A stretch of 36,932 nucleotides of DNA from Phycisphaeraceae bacterium (GCA_009827205.1 WUAK01000001.1:1-36932); one strand, 5' to 3'. Positions 1 through 7,792 are shown, counted from the first letter of the stretch. Numbers and translations: made by a program. The notes: generated from the letters alone by a model not told the origin.

Positions 1-670
1 GGAAGAGTTCGCCGTCTTCGCCGTAGAAGAGGCCTGTGCCGTCGGGTGCGGTGACCTGAGACGAGAAGGCGTATGAGAACGAGTCGACGCCCTGCGTGAA
101 CGGGTCGTCTGTGATCTGCGGCCCGGTGATGGTGGTGAAGCCGCCGCCTCCGTCGAAGTCGGACTGGTTGACGATGCGGAGCGTGCTGCCGACCTGAGAG
201 AGAGCGCTGTTGATGTACCAGTTGCTCATCAGGAAGTTGTTGACCTCACCCAAGAAGATGATGTTGCCGCCTGACTGGACAAACTCTCGCATCGCGGCGG
301 ATTCATCTGCTGTGAAGAAGAAGGAGGGTAATCCCACCACGAGCAGGTCCACGCCGTCGAGTGTCTGGGTATCGACATCGTTCCGAAAGACCGCTGAGTC
401 GACGCCCTGACCGGTGTAATAGTCGGAGAGCCCCTGGAATATGCTGGAGAAGATCGTGTTGCCCTGATCGTCATGGATGCGAGCGACCGACCCGCCGCCC
501 AGCAGGTTCATGAAGAACGCCCTGTTGCCCTCGTCGATTGGGGTGTCTCTCACACCTGACACAGGTTGCAAGAGGTTGAAATCCCCGGACAGAAACACGG
601 TCCCTTGCGCACTCGCGGGGGCACAAATGAGTAATCCAGCAACGCAACAGATCGGGGCTACACATCTCAT
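1..670 (-). CDS. Secreted hypothetical protein, N-terminal 223 codons (C-terminus lies beyond the left window edge)
   Basis: My own reverse-strand translation. ATG at 668-670 gives MRCVAPICCVAGLLICAPASAQG (signal-peptide-like), followed by TVFLSGDFNLLQPVSG...LLVVGLPSFFFTADESAAMREFVQSGGNIIFLGE. The frame stays open to position 1. It is missing from the ORF track because it runs off the edge. Confidence 0.6.
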   Translation of the reverse strand, partial: MRCVAPICCVAGLLICAPASAQGTVFLSGDFNLLQPVSGVRDTPIDEGNRAFFMNLLGGGSVARIHDDQGNTIFSSIFQGLSDYYTGQGVDSAVFRNDVDTQTLDGVDLLVVGLPSFFFTADESAAMREFVQSGGNIIFLGEVNNFLMSNWYINSALSQVGSTLRIVNQSDFDGGGGFTTITGPQITDDPFTQGVDSFSYAFSSQVTAPDGTGLFYGEDGELF

Positions 671-724
671 AACCGGATTATACGAGTGAAAAGAGAATTG
701 CACAGCTATCTCTTCTCGATAGCT

Positions 725-883
725 CTACGGGCACCCCGCGTTGTAGTTTGCGATCCACGCTGTGAAGTCTGCGGGTGTGCAGGCGTTGTCGCCGTTCTGG
801 TCGCACTCGGGGAGGTTGTTGTTGAAGGCGTTGATCCAGGCGGTGAAGTCCGCCGGGGTGAGCATGCCGTCGTTGTTGACGTC
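725..883. repeat. Copy 1 of a 159-nt direct repeat (dockerin-encoding 3' module)
   Basis: Aligned by eye to 2523..2681. There are 156/159 identities, with mismatches at 761, 770 and 851. Identity begins exactly at the stop codon. Confidence 0.95.
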
Positions 884-2305
884 TGCGACGCAGACGGTTC
901 CCATCTCGAGTCGCACGCGGTCTGGGAGGTAGAGAACGTTGTAGGCGGCTCCCCCGATGAGCTGCACGTTCGCGAATGTGCCCGTAACGCCTGTGTCTGT
1001 CGTGATGATGTCGATGAACTGACCGTCGGCGAGTCCGCCGAAGCCGTCGATGTTCTCGATGCGGAGTGTGCCGCCCGCGTTGAAGGCTCCGCCGTCGATG
1101 AGGTCGTACTCGCCCGGTGCAGTGCCCGCGATCTGGATGTGTACGCTGCCCGAGGCTGCGTTTGCGAGTGTCCGGTTGCTCGAGACGAAGATGGTCTGTG
1201 TCTCGTCGCCGGTGACGTCTGGGTGTCCGGGGCTGATGATGCCCTGGTTGGTAAGGTCGATGTTGAGCAGCCCGTTGCCGCTGATGGTGTGGTTGGTGCC
1301 GTTGGTTCGATTGGTGCTCGCACCCGAGACGATCATCTGTGCTCTGAATGAGAGCCCGACGGCGTTGAGGACGATCTCGCCGTTGCCATCGATGGTGTTG
1401 CTTGTCGAGGCCATGTTCATTGAAGCGGCGAAGGAGTCACCGTTTGGGTTGATGGAGACTGTGCCGTTGTTGATGAACGTGTTCTCGACGTTGAGTGTTT
1501 GGGTTGCCAGCACGTGTGCATCGCCGAGCAGCGTGACGCCGTCGATTGTTGCCGAGCCCGTGAAGACGCCCCCGCCGAAGCCCTCGATGGTGCCCCCGAC
1601 GATGGTGCCGCCGTTGGATTCTATGTTGCCCGCGTTCCCTCGGAGGACGCCCGAGGGCGACTGGGCGATGGTGATGTTGTTGATCTCGAGCACGCCTCCG
1701 CTGGTCGCGGACATGACGTTGTTGTTGGTCTTGTCGTTGAACGAGAGGGCGATCCGGCCACCGGCAGCATCGATGAGCCCGTTGTTGATGACGAAGATTC
1801 GGATCTGCCCGGTTCCCGCGATGGTATGACCTGGTCCGTGGTTGAGGATGTTGGTTTGCACACTCGGCAGAAGCAACGCGCCGCTGGTCGTAGCAGCGGC
1901 GTTGAGCACGATCGTTCCGCCGCCGGTGAGCGAGCTTGCCGGCGATTCGAACACGATCGATGAAGCCGAGGGTTGCGAATCGATGTTGACGACGACGTTT
2001 GCGTCGTTGATGAAGTCGCCGTCGATGCGCAGATCAAGACCCGGGTGGATGGCGACGGATGCGTCCGGGTTGGTGATGGTGAGGTTGCCTGAGGATGCAA
2101 CGCTGCCCTGGACCTGGATCGCGTAGGTGCCTGGCAGGCTGACGGTCACAGGGTCGCTGATGGTCGGGATTCCGACGGGGTTCCAGTTGCCCGGCGTGCT
2201 CCACTGCCCGCCGACGAGGCTGTTCCACTCGAGCTGCGCCTGCGCTGCGCTGGCAGTGGAAAGCAGGAAGCCCAGAACGATCACATTCTTGCCCGTAAGT
2301 TGCAT
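725..2305 (-). CDS. Secreted Gly/Asn/Thr-rich beta-helix (autotransporter-passenger-like repeat) protein with a C-terminal Cys-rich dockerin-like domain (resembles the family NCBI names GC-type dockerin)
   Basis: ORF 725..2362. The internal start at 2305 gives MQLTGKNVIVLGFLLSTASAAQAQ (signal peptide), with GAGGG 9 nt upstream; ATG 2314 is an alternative. The body has repetitive G-x-I/V-x-N-x-G strands. The C-terminus is CVADVNNDGMLTPADFTAWINAFNNNLPECDQNGDNACTPADFTAWIANYNAGCP, a two-fold EF-hand-like D-x-N-x-D-G repeat with 4 Cys. Confidence 0.8.
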   Translation of the reverse strand: MQLTGKNVIVLGFLLSTASAAQAQLEWNSLVGGQWSTPGNWNPVGIPTISDPVTVSLPGTYAIQVQGSVASSGNLTITNPDASVAIHPGLDLRIDGDFINDANVVVNIDSQPSASSIVFESPASSLTGGGTIVLNAAATTSGALLLPSVQTNILNHGPGHTIAGTGQIRIFVINNGLIDAAGGRIALSFNDKTNNNVMSATSGGVLEINNITIAQSPSGVLRGNAGNIESNGGTIVGGTIEGFGGGVFTGSATIDGVTLLGDAHVLATQTLNVENTFINNGTVSINPNGDSFAASMNMASTSNTIDGNGEIVLNAVGLSFRAQMIVSGASTNRTNGTNHTISGNGLLNIDLTNQGIISPGHPDVTGDETQTIFVSSNRTLANAASGSVHIQIAGTAPGEYDLIDGGAFNAGGTLRIENIDGFGGLADGQFIDIITTDTGVTGTFANVQLIGGAAYNVLYLPDRVRLEMGTVCVADVNNDGMLTPADFTAWINAFNNNLPECDQNGDNACTPADFTAWIANYNAGCP

Positions 2306-2522
2306 GGCGCACATCCCTCTCTCTGCGTACAAAGTGCTCGAGCGAGACGCACAACTGGCCACGGTTCGCTCAGTTCGTAAGGTACAAGATCAGAATGCGC
2401 AAACAGAACAGAAATCGACATCGAGGGCTACAAATTGCACTCAACGTGTGATAATGCCCCAGAATGAAGACTCACCGCGTCCTTGCTGCGAGGAAAATGC
2501 AACAAGAGCGGCCGGCCAAGCC

Positions 2523-2681
2523 CTACGGGCACCCCGCGTTGTAGTTTGCGATCCACGCGGTGAAGTCGGCGGGTGTGCAGGCGTTGTCGCCGTTCTGGTC
2601 GCACTCGGGGAGGTTGTTGTTGAAGGCGTTGATCCAGGCGGTGAAGTCTGCCGGGGTGAGCATGCCGTCGTTGTTGACGTC
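2523..2681. repeat. Copy 2 of the 159-nt direct repeat (dockerin-encoding 3' module)
   Basis: Aligned by eye to 725..883, with mismatches at 2559, 2568 and 2649. All three are synonymous (GCA/GCC, ACA/ACC, GCG/GCA). Confidence 0.95.
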
Positions 2682-4247
2682 GGGGAGGCAGTCGGTTGGT
2701 GTTGTGCCCTGGAACTCGGCAGCGCCGATGTCGACGACGATGCTGGTGCCGTCGGGGATTCCTGTGTCGGGTGTGCCCGTGTCGTCACGGAAGCGTGGCT
2801 GGTTGTAGATGTCGAGGTTGACCAATGGTCCGACGTAAAGGCTGTTGCCGGCGTCGATTGCTGGTGAACCTGGCTGGAGTCTGACGTTGTCGTCGGTGTT
2901 GCCGTAGACGTTGTCGGGCCCGTCTGCGTCGACGAAGTCCGGGTTTGCCGAGGAGCTGTTTGTGTCGACGACGAGGTTCCCGCCTCCGATGCCCAGGTGC
3001 TCGATGATGCACCGGTCAGCGGTGACGACGACCCCGAATGGGACGAAGACCTGCGTGCGTTCCTCGGGGAAGTTTGTGGTGGTGAAGTTGTCGTAGATGA
3101 TCGTGTTTCGCAGGCCCAGCGGGCTTTGCTGCGCGTTGATCGCCCCGGATGTCGGTGCTCCCGAGGAGTTGCCGACGATCGTGGAACCCGTGATGATGAG
3201 ATTCTCCTCGCCGAGCTTGGAGATGGCTCCGCCCTGGCCCGCCCCGCTGTTTCCGATCAGCAGCGAGCTCTGGATATTGACCGAGTCCGTCGATACATCC
3301 ATGTCCGTCACGACTGCACCGGCGCTCTGGGTCAGACTTGTGGATGAGTTGGAGCGCATGACTGTGTCGCGGATTTCATGGTCGCCCCGTCCGAGATAGA
3401 GGATGCCGCCTGTTTGGCGTGCTTCGTTGAGGAGGAACTCGCAGTCGTCAAACTCAGAGAAAGAGGTTGGGCCCGAGAGCGAGACGAGCACGCAAGCCAG
3501 GCGCTGACTCGTCGTGTTCCTTGAGAACTGTGTGTCCACGACCGAGTGGATGTTGTCGCCGAGCAGTTCGAGCGCCATCGATTGGTTGTCCACGTACACG
3601 CAGTCATCGACGACCAGCGGCACGCTTGAACTTACAGCCGACAAACCGAGGTTGTCCTGGATTCTGCAGTCTTCTAGCCTGGCAAAGTTCGAACCCGAAC
3701 CACCGAGAAAGAGCGCTGTGCCGCCAAGATCAGCCGAGCACAGCTCGATGGTGACGTTTCGGATCGTCGGCGTGGCATCCGACCCGAAGATCCCGGCGCC
3801 GCGCCTCTGGGCGGTCAAGGTCCCGTCGGCGAGGCCCTTGGTCACGACAAAGCCGTCGAGGATCGTCCCGATGTCGGCACCGGTTTCGATCGTGACAACG
3901 GTGTACAGGTTCCCGGCGCCGTTGAGTTCGGTGATGTTGGAATCGGGGTCTCGCTGTGATCGGAGTCGCTCGTCCCCGATGAATCCGCCGTAAACCTCGA
4001 CACCGTCCTTGATCAGGAAGGTCGCGTCACGACCGGCGGGTGTGTCGGGAATATATGAGCCTCTTGCAACCCAGATTTCGTCTGTCGCGGTCGCGGCTGC
4101 CAGCGCATCCGTGAGCGAGTCGAACGCATCGTTCCAGCTCGACCCGTTGCCGGGGCTGGCAACGTTCAGATTAACGTGCAGCACATCCGCCGAGGCGGTG
4201 CCAGAAACAAGACCCAAAGCGATGAACTGCGTGAATGTGCGAAGCAT
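2523..4247 (-). CDS. Secreted right-handed parallel beta-helix (pectate-lyase-fold-like) protein with the same C-terminal dockerin-like domain
   Basis: ORF 2523..4280. The internal ATG at 4247 gives MLRTFTQFIALGLVSGTASA (signal peptide). The N-terminal GNGSSWNDAF..L.DAL..A...DEIWVA.G.Y motif is typical of beta-helix surface proteins. The C-terminal 52 aa are identical to the tail of the 725..2305 protein. Confidence 0.8.
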   Translation of the reverse strand: MLRTFTQFIALGLVSGTASADVLHVNLNVASPGNGSSWNDAFDSLTDALAAATATDEIWVARGSYIPDTPAGRDATFLIKDGVEVYGGFIGDERLRSQRDPDSNITELNGAGNLYTVVTIETGADIGTILDGFVVTKGLADGTLTAQRRGAGIFGSDATPTIRNVTIELCSADLGGTALFLGGSGSNFARLEDCRIQDNLGLSAVSSSVPLVVDDCVYVDNQSMALELLGDNIHSVVDTQFSRNTTSQRLACVLVSLSGPTSFSEFDDCEFLLNEARQTGGILYLGRGDHEIRDTVMRSNSSTSLTQSAGAVVTDMDVSTDSVNIQSSLLIGNSGAGQGGAISKLGEENLIITGSTIVGNSSGAPTSGAINAQQSPLGLRNTIIYDNFTTTNFPEERTQVFVPFGVVVTADRCIIEHLGIGGGNLVVDTNSSSANPDFVDADGPDNVYGNTDDNVRLQPGSPAIDAGNSLYVGPLVNLDIYNQPRFRDDTGTPDTGIPDGTSIVVDIGAAEFQGTTPTDCLPDVNNDGMLTPADFTAWINAFNNNLPECDQNGDNACTPADFTAWIANYNAGCP

Positions 4248-4358
4248 GCGATCTATCCCCCTGCTGTTGTGATGCGCCACACTACCAGAGGAAGCCGGCA
4301 GATCAAAGCGGTTCGGTCCGACTATTGGGCATTCCCGAAGCCAATCTCCGTTTCCAGA

Positions 4359-4541
4359 TCAGCACCCGAGGTTGTAGTACGCGGTGCCGGGTGACACACC
4401 CGGGTACGCCGAGGGGTCGACGTTCGCCAGCACGCCCGACGCCTCGAGCGTGAACGGCACCACCTGCGCCCGCGCCTCGCAGGCGACCGAACCCAGCGAG
4501 CACACAACAACAGCAATCAGAACAGCAAACACACGCGGCAT
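4359..4541 (-). CDS. Small secreted protein (60 aa: signal peptide plus a roughly 35-aa mature part ending ...AYYNLGC)
   Basis: This is the C-terminal part of track ORF 4359..5141. ATG at 4539-4541 gives MPRVFAVLIAVVVCSLGSVACEARA / QVVPFTLEASGVLANVDPSAYPGVSPGTAYYNLGC. The upstream part of the long ORF looks like non-coding Arg/Ala-rich noise and overlaps gene 4676..5341. Confidence 0.5.
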   Translation of the reverse strand: MPRVFAVLIAVVVCSLGSVACEARAQVVPFTLEASGVLANVDPSAYPGVSPGTAYYNLGC

Positions 4542-4619
4542 GGCTTGAACCCCCAGAGTTGAGATGTGTTCAGGGTACTTGGGTTGGGGGTGAACGGAAG
4601 GGGTTGGGGAAGGCAAGTT

Positions 4620-4661
4620 GCAAGGGGGCCAGGGGTGTATATGAAGAGTTGACCCCCTTGC
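4620..4661 (-). terminator. Imperfect hairpin downstream of the two-CxxC gene (GCAAGGGGGCCA - 18 nt loop - TGACCCCCTTGC)
   Basis: The arms are 12 bp with one mismatch. The hairpin lies 15 nt after the minus-strand stop at 4676 and has no clear U-tract. It shares the TGACCCCCTTGCGA 14-mer with the hairpin at 5385-5426. Confidence 0.35.
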
Positions 4662-4675
4662 GACAAGTGCACGCG

Positions 4676-5341
4676 TCAACGCAGCAGGTCCGGAGGCCAG
4701 TCTTTGCTGTGCGGGTCGATGCTTCTTGATTTCGTCGGACCGATATCGATCGTTCTGAAGTAAACACCTTTCCACTTTTCCTGTCGCGCGATCTCGATCA
4801 CGCGTCGGGTCACGTACAACCCCACCTGCCCGAACGGTCGGAAGTTGAAGAAATCTGACTGATCCCAGTCGAAGCTCGCATCGTCGAGCACCATCTGGTC
4901 GGGCTCGCGATAGCCGTTGGTGAACTTGTGACACTCGGGGCAGAACTCCGAGCCGCCCAGCCCGCTGGCTTCGATATCGAGCCGGCCCCAGTGCTCCTGG
5001 GCGCTCGCGAGCGCGTAGAGCTTTGGGAGCCTGAGCTTCAGATGCCACGGCACACGATTGAGCATTGCGGGATAGGCGACCCATCCGCGCACGCCGTGTT
5101 TCTTGAGCCCTTTGATAACACGAGGCGTGACGCAGATGCACCCCCCCCAGCCGAACCCTATGAAGTCATTGATGCGCCATCCACACGTGTGCGTGAAGAC
5201 GGCGTTCTTGCCGTAGACCTCGTACGTGCGATCGCATGTGCTGCACTGATACTGACAGGCGGGGAATAGGTAGGTATCACCGTAGACAAGCGGGTCGAAC
5301 CGCGAGCCGCACTCGGCAGATATACGAAAGAGTGTGTGCAT
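4676..5341 (-). CDS. Hypothetical protein with two CxxC motifs about 100 aa apart (possibly the double-CXXCG / Gmx_para_CXXCG, Imm11-like family)
   Basis: ORF 4676..5413, with a likely start at ATG 5341 (MHTLFRISAECGSRF...). The motifs are YLFPACQYQCSTCDRTY and SEFCPECHKF. The roughly 221-aa length and motif spacing match my memory of the family, but the residues after CxxC are D and H rather than G. Confidence 0.6.
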   Translation of the reverse strand: MHTLFRISAECGSRFDPLVYGDTYLFPACQYQCSTCDRTYEVYGKNAVFTHTCGWRINDFIGFGWGGCICVTPRVIKGLKKHGVRGWVAYPAMLNRVPWHLKLRLPKLYALASAQEHWGRLDIEASGLGGSEFCPECHKFTNGYREPDQMVLDDASFDWDQSDFFNFRPFGQVGLYVTRRVIEIARQEKWKGVYFRTIDIGPTKSRSIDPHSKDWPPDLLR

Positions 5342-5384
5342 GTTGGGAGGGTATGGGATTTTGGGGTTGAGAGAATGGGAAGTC

Positions 5385-5426
5385 GCAAGGGGGTCAGGTG
5401 TGTGCGTGCACACCTGACCCCCTTGC
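5385..5426 (-). terminator. Perfect 18-bp stem / 6-nt loop hairpin immediately after the AAA ATPase gene
   Basis: GCAAGGGGGTCAGGTGTG-tgcgtg-CACACCTGACCCCCTTGC. It begins 7 nt past the stop at 5433, and the U-tract is weak. Confidence 0.5.
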
Positions 5427-5432
5427 GAATGT

Positions 5433-6521
5433 TCACAACCCGAGCGACCAGCACCATGTGCCCTCGCCGTCGTTGCCTTGGGATTGACGATCGCTTCTCA
5501 CCCCAAGCTTCCGCTTCGCACGCTTGAGCGTGATCTTGCTTATCCCAACCTCCCCCGCCATCCGATTGATGTCCTTCGCACCCATCGCCCCATCCTTCAG
5601 CGTCTCCTTCAGCCACGCGATGGCTTCGTCCAGCTCGCCCGGCTGGTCGGATTCGCCCGTCGGTTCCAGGTCTTCGAGCGTCACCGGGTTCGGATCGATC
5701 TCGTACTCGACCGTCGGTCCGAGCGCATCCTCGCGCTGCACGATCTTGTAGCGAAGCCCGGGCGCGCCGCCCGAGATGTTGCTCTTGATCGGCGCCAGCA
5801 CGCGGCTGTCGGGCTTGTTCGGGTCCTTGGCGACGAGCCAGGCCATCCGAGCCGCGGCTGTGAACGCCAGGCTCCCCATCGTCCGGTACTGCGCCTTCGT
5901 CTGCGTCGACTTGTTCAGGTGCGTCACGCACAGAATGCACACCCGCATCGACGCGGCGACCCTCGACAGCAGGTGCAGCACCCTGCGCACGTCCGCGTTG
6001 CTGTTGGCGTCCGTGTTGCCGAGGTACGCGGTGATCGGGTCGATGATGACGAGCCCCGGGTTGTCCATGCACTTGAGCGCGCGCCAGATCGCCATCGCGT
6101 CGCGGTCGAGCCTCATCTGACCCGAGACCTCCCCGAACCGGACGCCCGTCATCATGTGCACGTGGTTCAGGTTCGCGCCCGCGTCCTCGAGCCTCGGGCG
6201 GATCGTGTCGCCCGGGTCGTCCTCGGCGGACAATATGATCACATCGCGGGGCGTGTGCCTGGGCGCGCGCTCCAGGGCATCGACGCGCGACTGGTCGTCT
6301 TCGTCGGGCAGCGGGTGCCCGGCGCTCAGCCTCGCCGCGATGTCCATCGTCAGGAAGCTCTTGCCCAGCCCCGGGTCGCCCGCGACGGTCACGAGCTTGC
6401 CAGCCGGGAGCCGACCGGGCCAGATCCACTCGATCTCTTCCCGCTGGATGTCGAAGACGCGTGTGAGCTCGGGCACGCCGTCGTACGATCGGCCCGATCC
6501 GTGGTGATGATTGCCCTGCAT
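5433..6521 (-). CDS. RecA-fold AAA ATPase of the RepA-like / AAA_25 type with a C-terminal HTH (plasmid or prophage replication-helicase-like)
   Basis: Walker A is VAGDPGLGKSF and Walker B is GLVIIDPITAYLG. The CVTHLNK motif is typical of AAA_25. The N-terminal IEWIWPGRLPAGKL is also typical. The C-terminal AKDINRMAGEVGISKITLKRAKRKLGV is HTH-like. An AGAGGGGA RBS lies 6 nt upstream. Confidence 0.85.
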   Translation of the reverse strand: MQGNHHHGSGRSYDGVPELTRVFDIQREEIEWIWPGRLPAGKLVTVAGDPGLGKSFLTMDIAARLSAGHPLPDEDDQSRVDALERAPRHTPRDVIILSAEDDPGDTIRPRLEDAGANLNHVHMMTGVRFGEVSGQMRLDRDAMAIWRALKCMDNPGLVIIDPITAYLGNTDANSNADVRRVLHLLSRVAASMRVCILCVTHLNKSTQTKAQYRTMGSLAFTAAARMAWLVAKDPNKPDSRVLAPIKSNISGGAPGLRYKIVQREDALGPTVEYEIDPNPVTLEDLEPTGESDQPGELDEAIAWLKETLKDGAMGAKDINRMAGEVGISKITLKRAKRKLGVRSDRQSQGNDGEGTWCWSLGL

Positions 6522-6600
6522 GTGAATCCCCTCTGCGCTCGGCGCTCTGTGTCAGAGGACGAACCACACGCCCTCTATAAAACCGGCGCCCGGTCACATC

Positions 6601-6742
6601 TGTGCGCACAACCGCGCGCACACAAACCCGGACATGCGCGCAACAGCATGCGGGGCAAGGACTAGAAAAATCGCAGATTCCGCACAACGCGGTTTCGGGG
6701 CGGCGTCCACGCGTGCGCACAGGACGCGCCGCTGCGCGCACA
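6601..6742. promoter_or_regulatory. Cluster of self-complementary GTGCGCAC / GCGCGCAC(A) sites in the divergent intergenic region (operator or iteron candidates)
   Basis: GTGCGCAC occurs at 6602-6609 and 6713-6720. GCGCGCAC occurs at 6614-6621 and 6734-6741, and the related ATGCGCGCAA is at 6634-6643. AT-rich patches flank them: CTCTATAAAA near 6574, CTAGAAAAATC near 6661 and GTTTAGTAAAACAAATA near 6751. Confidence 0.4.
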
Positions 6743-6808
6743 GCGAGCGGGTTTAGTAAAACAAATACCCTTGCGAACCGCCAGCCCACCCACCTCGTCC
6801 AACCGGAC

Positions 6809-7792
6809 ATGAAGCCCGCACTCATCGCAGCCGCGTTTGCCATCATCGCCCCGACCACCCTCGCCCAGCCTCTGCCCGAGCGGCTGGACTTCTCGCAGAT
6901 CAGCCCGAGCTACGAGCTGTACCCATCGGTCGAGATGCAGACCTGGTCGATCCCGGGCCCGCACGAGACGGACTGGATCATCGCCTACGACCAGACGCCG
7001 CTGGTCAAGGACTGGCCAAGCTTCGAGATCAGGCTCATCAACCGGGGCAGGCCCGTGCGCGCGCTGCCCGCCAAGGCCGACTCTCTGCCGTCGGTCGTCT
7101 ACGAACTCACCAAGCCCGACGGGACCACGATCAAGAGCGAACCCCAGCGCCAACCAATCTACGTCTACCAGCACGGCACGAACGAGGGCCGCATCGACAC
7201 CAATACCCCGATCCTCCGCGCGAACGCCAAACTTCATTCCCTCTTCGGCGAACTCAATCCGGGCCAGCACACACTCACCGTGCACATCGACGCCGCGGCT
7301 GCGCTCAAACGCGCACGCGACGGGCACACCATCAACGACCGCCTCACCACCAGCACGCCGAAGCTCCGCTTCACGGTCATCGACAAAGAGCCGGGCGAAC
7401 TCGAAGAACACCACATGCTCGTGAATGTCACCGACCTCGACAACGGCGGTCTGCAGGCCAAGCTCGTCAACCCGTTCGATGAGCCGCTGACGCTCTGGGC
7501 CGACCTCGGGTTCCAGAGCCAGGACGAATTCCCCGACGACCACGCTTTCTTCGCGTACAACGGCATCGAGCGCTTCACCGAAAGAGGCTGGCTCGTCATG
7601 AACAACATCGGGTACTGCGGCACTGGCATGGGCATGATCACCATCGAGCCCGGCGACGCCGTCACGCTCAGCCTCCACACCTTTCCAACTGTGGGCGGGT
7701 TCACCCGCGCGTGCGTCACCGCGATGCGCCCCGACGGCACATCGGTGAAGTTCTACACAGAGCCCATGCACAGGCCTGACCCTGAGGGATAA
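6809..7792 (+). CDS. Secreted hypothetical protein (327 aa)
   Basis: ORF 6602..7792. The internal ATG at 6809 gives MKPALIAAAFAIIAPTTLAQP (signal peptide). I recognise no motif. Confidence 0.7.
   Translation: MKPALIAAAFAIIAPTTLAQPLPERLDFSQISPSYELYPSVEMQTWSIPGPHETDWIIAYDQTPLVKDWPSFEIRLINRGRPVRALPAKADSLPSVVYELTKPDGTTIKSEPQRQPIYVYQHGTNEGRIDTNTPILRANAKLHSLFGELNPGQHTLTVHIDAAAALKRARDGHTINDRLTTSTPKLRFTVIDKEPGELEEHHMLVNVTDLDNGGLQAKLVNPFDEPLTLWADLGFQSQDEFPDDHAFFAYNGIERFTERGWLVMNNIGYCGTGMGMITIEPGDAVTLSLHTFPTVGGFTRACVTAMRPDGTSVKFYTEPMHRPDPEG

Noticed and set aside
686-2126. Long ORFs overlapping the 725..2305 gene on the opposite strand or in other frames (686..1351, 706..1323, 1050..1829, 1499..1963, 1621..2100)
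   Set aside because: These are typical shadow ORFs of high-GC DNA. Their products are Arg/Ala/Ser/Pro-rich low-complexity sequences, and the annotated frame has a signal peptide, repeats and a recognisable domain. The same reasoning applies to 5158..6858, 5478..6665, 6662..7771, 13716..14867, 15371..15997, 24408..25292, 31631..32854 and similar track entries.
725-2681. The 159-nt repeat pair as a template/variable repeat of a diversity-generating retroelement
   Set aside because: There are only 3 differences and all are synonymous. They are not confined to adenines of one copy (A/C, A/C and G/A in coding sense, in mixed direction). No reverse transcriptase is present in the window.
4542-5141. 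The N-terminal 200 aa of track ORF 4359..5141
   Set aside because: This part overlaps gene 4676..5341 in another frame and crosses a hairpin and a G-rich intergenic tract. Only the last 60 codons, a signal peptide plus a short mature part, look like a gene.
4620-5426. Shared palindromic hairpins after consecutive genes as integron attC sites or gene cassettes
   Set aside because: There is no GTTRRRY / RYYYAAC core at the arm ends, no integron integrase or attI nearby, and only two or three copies. A REP-like element or a related pair of terminators is more parsimonious.
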